Positions 37,081 to 64,000 of a stretch of 64,000 nucleotides of DNA are shown here, piece after piece. Position 1 is the stretch's first letter, and every line of letters starts with the position of its first letter. Location of the stretch: the NCBI GenBank assembly GCA_950097015.1, contig CATNEN010000025.1, forward strand, positions 6,448,001 through 6,512,000. Direction: 5' to 3'. The DNA is from Macrostomum hystrix (Eukaryota; Animalia; Platyhelminthes). The position numbers and the translations under genes are program-made. Under the pieces are notes generated by a model. The model had not been told where the DNA came from and ran no database searches. It saw nothing but the letters and a program-made list of their open reading frames with translations.

Positions 37081-37396
37081 TGTCGTAGTTTTTGGCAACT
37101 ATTATTTTTTTAATCTAGTTAAGAATGTACCTTTATTATTATCGTCAAGTCAACTTTATCCAAAAATAAACTTTCGATCCTCAAGTTTTAATGGACTTTT
37201 GTAGCATTCTAAATGTTTTTGTCCTTGATTTGCTATCAGTGTGACACGGGCGTACAATTGCCAGTTTTTGCCATAGACATCAATCGGACATCGAAGATTT
37301 TTGAAGAGCTGCAGAGACGAGAGAAAACACAAAGATTGAACTCAAAGCAATTGCTTTCATAAAAATTACATGATTTCACCTGTATAATTCCAATCC

Positions 37397-55895
<18,499 letters not shown>

Positions 55896-57602
55896 CGACA
55901 TTTGCGGGAGAGAGTTCGCAATTTGTTGATTCTAATGAAAACATTTCTTGAGGCAATCTAACATGATTTGTTCTCCAAATTAAATAATTTAATGCACCTA
56001 TCTCTAAATCTGAGTATCTCTAAATATGGTAAATCCGATTCACCATGGACACATTAATCTAGGGTCAGGCTTTCTAGACGATTGTCTGCAAATGGCAAAT
56101 AATTGATTTATTATAGTCCAAAACATCTCTCATTCGTGGTGGGTGTTATCCTCTGTAATTTTTATTAGAAAAATGCTAGTTAACATAAATTATTTCTAAT
56201 TTATTAAAAAGTTTCAACTTTGTAATACTTACATTATTTCACAAATTATATGCATAAACATTATATCTTTAAATACAAGAAATGTACTACATTCACTAAC
56301 TGTCAGAATTGCCAGAAATGAGTTACAAATCCCGGAAATCTAAGCAAGATCCTAGATCCAACATCCACTATTCATGATGCATGATAAAAAATTGTGCGTG
56401 AAGAAGGAATTTAAGTTTTTTCATTTTAAGCGTCTTTTAAAATATTTTTGATTCGATGGCTTCGGTGGCTAGGTCTCTTATGTACTGCGTTGTTGAAATA
56501 ATATCAATACAATCAAATATCAATATAAGAATGGATTAAAATGCATTAATATTATCTCTTGAATAGTGCATTCACGATAGAATATTTTTTGCGGCAAATA
56601 TTAAATGTATAGTATTTAAAACAAATTCACATAGAAGTTTTCTACACTGAAATATATTGAAACTATTAAAATATATCTCATTGGATAGATATTTTATTAT
56701 TATTTGTTTTTACTGCTTTTATTTTTTATTAAGAAGTAGCTTTACTTCTGTTGGCAAGACAACTTACTTAGGTGGCATAATTTAACGTCATGTTTTTTGG
56801 TAATTTATTGATAATCGTCATATGCAAAGCGACGCATTCTGCACTTTCATGTTTACACGAGACCAGATACGCATTACTTTTTACCAATGCGCATCGGTAA
56901 TATCGATCATATCGAAATCATATCGAAATATTTGATCGATATCGAATATCGATCAAATATATAATTATTTGATCGATAAGAATAGACTCGATGTAAATAG
57001 ACCGCCTCGTTTTATTTAATGAATAACAAAGTACGTGTATGGATAAATTTGCAGCCTAGATCGACTTACAGTTAATTTTAAAAGTAGTTTTTGTCAGCCC
57101 AGTATGAAGCCAATGTTTGAATTTGTTTCTTGTCTTGCATACAGTTTAATTTTGAAGAATCAAGTTTCAGCTTATAATTATGTAGTTTTGATCATACAAA
57201 ATTTAGATGGCTAGATGGCTAAATTTAGATTCTCTAATTCAAAATGAAAATTTATAATACATTTTCAACTGTACTGGAGAAGTAATTCTGTTGTAAAAAA
57301 GTTGTTTGTAAATTTTATGTATTTATATATTTTATAATATGAAGCCCTATATAAAGCGACATTCGATAATATGATATTGAAATGAAATTATAATATAATA
57401 AACAATAGCTCAAATCTACATAGCTTATAAATTATTTTTGGTATATTTTTGTGTAAACATTAGTTTTTTATATTCTAAGCGTCATATGTTTAAAACTGAT
57501 ATTAGTGCGAAAAAAATTCTAAAACTATAACGAAAACCTAATTGGTGTTTTAACAACAACGACAATTACAGCCATATACACCAACCTGCCTGCCTGCCTA
57601 CG

Positions 57603-60600
57603 ATGGGTCTCACACTGACCAAAGCCGCTGATTTGCTAGACGGTAACAAGCTGGACTTCAGTCCTGCCAATCAGATTATTCTCACCGACGTTCTCAAGAC
57701 TGTCGATGGCTATTCGCGCAACAATCCTATTGGCGGCAAGATGAAGTTCAACCAGCCGTTGGTCTGGGAGTCGACCGTCACGTTTGAAGACTTCAAGAAG
57801 ACTGAAAGATTTCCGGAGTCGTGAGTTAAAAAGATTCTTGAATTGGCTATCAATAACTCGTACGTGCATATTAAGGACAGTTTTAATATCGATAAATTTG
57901 CTTTTTACTATCAGGGAAGAGCAGAACACCTTGAAGCTTGACGACCTTTTGACTGTGACTAAGCAGGAGTCTGGGGCGGTGCTCGTGGAGTGTCACAACT
58001 TCGATACGCTTCAGCTGGTCCTGGACGCCTACCGTGGCAAGAAGACCGCTGAGATGCGCGCCTGCCTTGAAGGTTGGTCCGATGTGTCCGATTTCAGCTA
58101 TATTTCCTTGCATTCATTGAAAGTGCATGATTTCCAACAATCCAATTTACGAATTTCCAGCAAATTTGGATCCGGTAACGAAAATCCTTGGCGACCGATA
58201 CGCCTGCAACACCGAGGACGACGTCGAGTTCTACAAGCGCACGGAGGAGGATCTGCAGGGCGAGGACGTCAGCTTCGAGGAGTTCGAGAAAAAGAAGGTT
58301 GTTCTGAAGATGGCCATGGAGTTTCACAACTTGGATGTTCGCATGCTGCGCACAATTCAGGGTCTAATTTCAAAGTAAGAAATTAGTCAAAAAATTAATT
58401 TCAATGTTATCTCATCATGCTATCTAATCATTTAAAGTGCTACTGTCAGTAGAGCTGTTCAGATAGAGGGAAAAGTAAACATTTTTTACACAGAGATGCA
58501 CGCTTATCGCCGCGCCTGGTTGAGGCCGAATTCGACTGCCTGAAGGAGCTCTCCGGCTCCGAGGAGGAGCATCCGCTGCGCGACATCGAGCCGGTGCCGT
58601 GTGAGTACTGCTCAAATATTATACTTTTGGACGTTTTCAAAGGGAATAAAGAATGATAATACTTTTCTGCGTTTGAGCCTAATGAGCTGATGTGAATACA
58701 CTGAATGAGCTGTTGTGTGAGTACACTGAATGAGCTGTTGTGTGAGTACACTGAATGAGCTGTTGTGTGAGTACACTGAATGAGCTGTTGTGTGAGTACA
58801 CTGAATGAGCTGTTGTGTGAGTACACTGAATGAGCTGTTGTGTGAGTACACTGAATGAGCTGTTGTGTGAGTACACTGAATGAGCTGTTGTGTGAGTACA
58901 CTGAATGAGCTGTTGTGTGAGTACACTGAATGAGCTGTTGTGTGAGTACACTGAATGAGCTGTTGTGTGAGTACACTGAATGAGCTGTTGTGTGAGTACA
59001 CTGAATGAGCTGTTGTGAGCAGTAGGAGTATCCCAAATGAGCTCACTGAATGAGCATTAGCAAGTAAATTTAAAGAGCTGCCAGCGCACTTCTTGAGGGA
59101 CCACATCCGTCCTATTAAACTGTCGTTTTTTACCCGCAGGCTACACCCACGTGTTCAGCAATGGATATAGGGCGCCAAATTTTCGCCAACTGCAGAGCGA
59201 CATCGCATACTTTCAGGTTTATCTGCGAGACACTGACGACCTATGCGTGACCGCTAGCACTAAGGGCTGGTTTATCAATAAGGTAATTTTCCTGTTTGGC
59301 TTGCTCTTGATCTACCCGGTTCACTGTTCTGAAAAGAAATCCCAAACTGCAGGGCTACAGCAAGGACACCAACGACGTAGACTTCGAGCGCCGCTCGGAT
59401 CTCTACGGCAGCCTGTTCGCACTGTTGCGCGACCGCAGTCGACACTTTCGCGAGCGGACCAGCCGCCGCGGCGCCGACGGTGAGGCTGGCATCGCCGACG
59501 AGGCGACCGATGGCGCCGAGAAGCCTGATCAGGAGGGCGACGCCGGCCAGCAGGCTGCCAGGGAGGAGGCCGAGGAGCGGAAGAAGGACCCGACTCTGCG
59601 CTGGACGAGTCTGGGCACCAGCGAGCAGCAGGGTCGCGAGGGTCGCGAACGCCGCAGCGCCAGGCAGCAGCAGGTCGGGTCTGGCGGCGCCGCTCAGCAG
59701 TCGGACGAGAGCGACTCGGAATCCGGCACGGACGAGGAGGAGGACGCTGTCGAGCGTCGGCACGAGAGTAACGCCGACCTGCCAAGCGAGTACTGGCAGA
59801 TCGGCAAGTTCGTGCGCTACCTGAAGGGCGGCAATCAGACAAGCACCATCATCTCGCTGTGCGCCCTTCGCGACTTCCAGCTGAACACTGAGGTTTGCCA
59901 GCTGGCCATTCGCGATGTTGGCGGCCTCGAGGTGCTGCTGAACCTGCTGGAGACCGAGGAGAACCGCTGCAAAATCGGCTCGTTAAAGATCCTGAAGGAG
60001 ATCTCGCAGAATCCGCAGATTCGTCGCGCCATCGCCGATCTTGGCGGCCTGCAGACTCTGGTGAACATCCTGAAGGAGCCCAGCAAGGATCTGAAGTGCC
60101 TGGCAGCCGAGACTATCGCCAACGTGGCCAAATTCCGTCGAGCTCGCCGCATCGTCCGGCAGCACGGCGGCATCCGCAAGCTGGTGGCGCTCCTTGACTG
60201 TCCGGCGCTGAACGGGCCGACCTCGCCGGAGATTGAACGTGACATCGAGGTGGCCCGCTGCGGAGCCCTGGCCCTCTGGTCGCTGAGCAATTCGACCAAG
60301 AACAAGCGAGCCATGAAGCGGGCCGGAGTTATTCCGCTCCTTGGCAAGCTGCTGAAGTCCCGCCACGAGGACATGCTGATCCCTGTGGTCGGCACCCTGC
60401 AGGAATGCGCCTCTGAGCCCGACTATCGCGTTGCCATCCGCACCGAGGGCATGGTGGAGGATCTTGTGAAGAACCTCAAGAGCGACAACGCTGAACTGCA
60501 GATGCACTGTGCCTCCACCATCTTTAAGGTTGGAGCTTCTTTGGAAAGAATTTTCCTCACTATTTTATTGTTCATAATGCTTGTCCAAAACCCGACTCAG

Positions 60601-63600
60601 CGGGTCGACTGGCCGAGCGGTGAGCCACCCCACTCTCGCACCAAGGTCCCCGAGCCCGAATCCACATTCATTTTGGGCGCAGCCGTGAAGAGAAGGCTTT
60701 TGGGCTTGAAGTGAAATTCGAGCCACCCCACAACCCGCAACCGCAAAACCGGCACCCCAAAAACCCACATACCCATGACCCGCCACCCCATGACCCGCCA
60801 CCCAAAGACCCGCCACCCCATGACCCGCCACCCAAAGACCCGCCACCCCATGACCCGCCACCCCAAAACCCGCCACCCCATGACCCGCCACCACATAACC
60901 CGCCACCCCATGACCCGCCACCCCATAACCCGCCACCCTATGACCCGCCACCCCATAACCCGCCACCCAAAGACCCGCCACCCTATGACCCGCCACCCCA
61001 TAACCCGCCACCCCATGACCCGCCACCCCATAACCCGCCACCCTATGACCCGCCACCCCATAACCCGCCACCCTATGACCCGCCACCCTATGACCCGCCA
61101 CCCCATGACCCGCCACCCAAAGACCCGCCACCCCATGACCCGCCACCCCAAAACCCGCCACCCCATGACCCGCCACCACATAACCCGCCACCCCATAACC
61201 CGCCACCCCATGACCCGCCACCCCATGACCCGCCACCCAAAGACCCGCCACCCCATGACCCGCCACCCCAAAACCCGCCACCCCATGACCCGCCACCACA
61301 TAACCCGCCACCCCATGACCCGCCACCCCATAACCCGCCACCCTATGACCCGCCACCCTATGACCCGCCACCCCATGACCCGCTACCCCATGACGACCCA
61401 ACGACCCGCGGCCGCCATCGCAAGTTTTCCAACCCCCGATTTCGCCAACCCAGTGCGCAGAGGAGGAGGAGACGCGTGACCTTGTGCGGTCCTACGATGG
61501 TCTGGAGCCTATGGTCAGCCTGCTGGGCAAGACGGACAACAAGGAGCTGCTGTCGGCGGCCACAGGAGCCATCTGGAAGTGCTCCATGTCGCCAAAGAAC
61601 ATTCAGAAGTTTCAGGAGTTGAACGTCATCGAAAAACTGGTCCGCCTGCTCAGCGATCAGCCAGAAGAGGTGAGTAAATGGTTTTCAGTTTTTGTCTTCT
61701 TTTTATTGAGTTTCTCTTGTTTTGGCGGAAATTTCTTTAGCTTAATTTCATACTGCTGCTAGTAGCATGTGCGAGTTCTTCAGATTCCTTTTGCTTTGTT
61801 GCAATGCACATTATCTTAACTAAAGAAATTTATGTTTTAAGCAAGTCATCTTTTTTAATTAAAAAAATATGATCGTGCCTTGAAAAAATACAAATCGAAA
61901 TTTATAAACAAACGAAAAAAATTATTTTCGTTTATACGCTTTCGAAACCCACGCAAACCTGTTTTTCGTTTCAGCCTAAAATTTGCCTCGATTTTTTACC
62001 TTTTTAATTGCTTTTTGCTTAATCAACACAGGAAGTAGCAGACAGTGTTATAATTTATGGACCTTCCACATTTGCAGCAATGGGAGCCTGTGGGTTCGAA
62101 CCATCGACCTCCCTATGTAAATCTGGAGCAGCATTTGGGCACACAACAGCCTCTGCGTTTCCTATAAACCTAGTTCGAAGTTTTCAAAATCAAGCCTAGC
62201 AACAAAGCATGCCCAGAAATTTCCACATTTTAACCTGTTTGCATGGTCGATTTTTTCCTGAATTTATTTATACCTTTTACCGATTTTTAAACCATCCTAC
62301 TGACCCGGACGAAATGCAAGTAGTGTAGATGAATATGCTTGCCTATTTGATAAAAATTCCAGAACAGATGGTGGAGCATGGACCCTGATCTGTTGCTAAC
62401 TTCCATGGGATATAATGTGCGTGCGTTGCAGCCTAAAGCCACGCCAATGATAATCCCTAATCCCAATCTTCTAATCACAGATTTCTGTCAGTGCACGAAC
62501 GAGAGAAATTATCACTTGGCTTTATATACTTGCTTGTCACCCGCCTTGCTTTAAAACTGATCTCAAATCCCATTTTTAATCAGAAGAAAATAACTTGAAA
62601 TCGAAATTACTCAATTTCAGAGGTAGGCTGATTGAGGAACCTTACCTTCTTGTGTTCACCTAAAAATCACAATCACATTTTTGGGTCATTTTACTGCCTC
62701 ACAAATCTGTCAAGTATTTATAATTTTTTTATACCAGTGTAAGAGAACCCGACGTTGTTACGTGTTAGACATTGATTTCTTGCAGGAAAATGTTTTGTGT
62801 GCAAACACACGTACAATGTAAAAAAACTACGTCATAGATGACGCTTGAGTAAAAACGTTTGCAAGCGTATTACGGTAGAATAATAAAAATACTTACTTGT
62901 TAGAAATACTAATATTAGTAATTGTCGATAGTTTTAGTGCGCAAAAGTAAACAAAAAAACACGACAGGGAAATTTTTGTAATTCAGGAAAGAGTTTAAAG
63001 ATAAAAAAATCGAAAAAACTTGATTTCCAAATGTAAATTTCTTTAAAATCTAAGATTTCTTTAAAATGCAATATTACATGGAAATCTAAGGCTTTTCAGC
63101 AATCAGAGGCTTCTTGGAAATCGATGATTTCTTCGAAAGCAATGGTTTCTCGGAAGTAGGTGGCATCTTGGAAAAGAAACAAAATTGATAGCTTTTTAGA
63201 TATCAATGATTTTTCGGAAATCAATTACTCCTTAGAGATCTTCGGTTTCTTTTACAAAAAATGATATGGTAAACATAGTTTCCTTCGAAAAATCCGAAGA
63301 TTTCTTAGAAACCGAAGATTTCTTAAAAACCGAATATTTCTTAGAAACGAAGATTTCTTAAAAACCGAAGATTTCTTAGAAACCGAAGATTTATTAGAAA
63401 CCGAAGATTTCTTAAAAACCGAAGATTTCTTAGAAACCGAAGATTTCTTAAAAACCGAAGATTTCTTAGAAACGAAGATTTCTTAAAAACCGAAGATTTC
63501 TTAGAAACCGAAGATTTCTTAAAAACCGAAGATTTCTTAGAAACGAAGATTTCTTAAAAACCGAAGATTTCTTAGAAACCGAAGATTTCTTAAAAACCGA

Positions 63601-64000
63601 AGATTTCTTAGAAACCAAAGATTTCTTAGAAACCAAAGATTTCTTAGAAACCGAAGATTTATTAGAAACCGAAGATTTCTTTGCACGTTGCATCTAATCA
63701 TCCCCGCCTGACCCTTGAACGTCCCTCCGTGCAGGTTCTCGTCAACGTAGTCGGCGCCCTCGGCGAGATGGCCGCGGAGCAGCAGAATCGGCACGCGATT
63801 CGCAAGGCCGGAGGTGTTGGGCCGCTCGTCCAGCTGCTGACAGGTACCAATCAGGCGCTGCTGGTCAACACGACGCGAGCTGTGGGTCGCTGTGCCCAGG
63901 AGAAAGAGAACATGGCCATCATCGATCGCATGGACGGTGTTCGCCTGCTCTGGTCTCTGTTGAAGAACTCGAACCCGGATGTGCAGGCCAGCGCTGCGTA
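57603..64000 (+). CDS. ARMC4: Armadillo-repeat outer dynein arm docking subunit ARMC4/ODAD2 (3' incomplete)
   Basis: Exons 57603-57820, 57915-58072, 58161-58374, 58494-58600, 59140-59282, 59353-60528, 61454-61669, 63735-end. N-terminus MGLTLTK...PLVWEST; ARM region [34 protein letters not shown]...[16 protein letters not shown]...[11 protein letters not shown]. Confidence 0.95.
58680..59050. repeat. Minisatellite, 25-bp unit TGTGAGTACACTGAATGAGCTGTTG
   Basis: Tandem periodicity in an ARMC4 intron. Confidence 0.93.
60603..60715 (+). mobile_element. SINE family B head fragment
   Basis: CTCTCGCACCAAGGTCCCC...GGGCGCAGCCGTGAAGAGAAGGCTT matches the family B 5' region. Confidence 0.65.
60770..61400. 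repeat. Minisatellite, 15-bp unit CGCCACCCCATGACC
   Basis: Tandem periodicity in an ARMC4 intron. Confidence 0.95.
63295..63680. repeat. Minisatellite, 18-bp unit AAACCGAAGATTTCTTAG
   Basis: Tandem periodicity in an ARMC4 intron. Confidence 0.93.

Noticed and set aside
62075-62155. tRNA-like fragment on the minus strand (GGTTCGAACCC)
   Set aside because: Only a B-box-like motif and a weak match to the SINE A head; too degenerate to call.

Overview
Eukaryotic (metazoan) genomic DNA. GC/CpG-rich exons are separated by introns packed with minisatellites and short retroelements. The style resembles a free-living flatworm such as Macrostomum; that is an inference, not checked. Eight protein-coding loci were reconstructed by hand from GT-AG junctions: ATAD2 (+), a two-pore K+ channel (-), BOK-like Bcl-2 protein (+), rhomboid-like protein (+), dopamine-type SLC6 transporter (+), an orphan secreted Cys-rich/LamG-like ORF (+), PX-PH phospholipase D-like (+) and ARMC4/ODAD2 (+, runs off the 3' end). 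There are about 24 tandem arrays, two tRNA-derived SINE families and a third short repeat family. The best find is in that third family: a complete minimal type I hammerhead ribozyme at 29134-29178 (-), inside a transporter intron. It sits between a tRNA-like A box and a B box, and 344 nt downstream of a second ribozyme half-site, which is a retrozyme-like layout. Two genes look like pseudoenzymes: the PLD has lost the catalytic His in both HKD motifs, and the rhomboid has Ala in place of its catalytic Ser. Exon coordinates were read manually and protein-family comparisons come from recalled motifs; no search was run.
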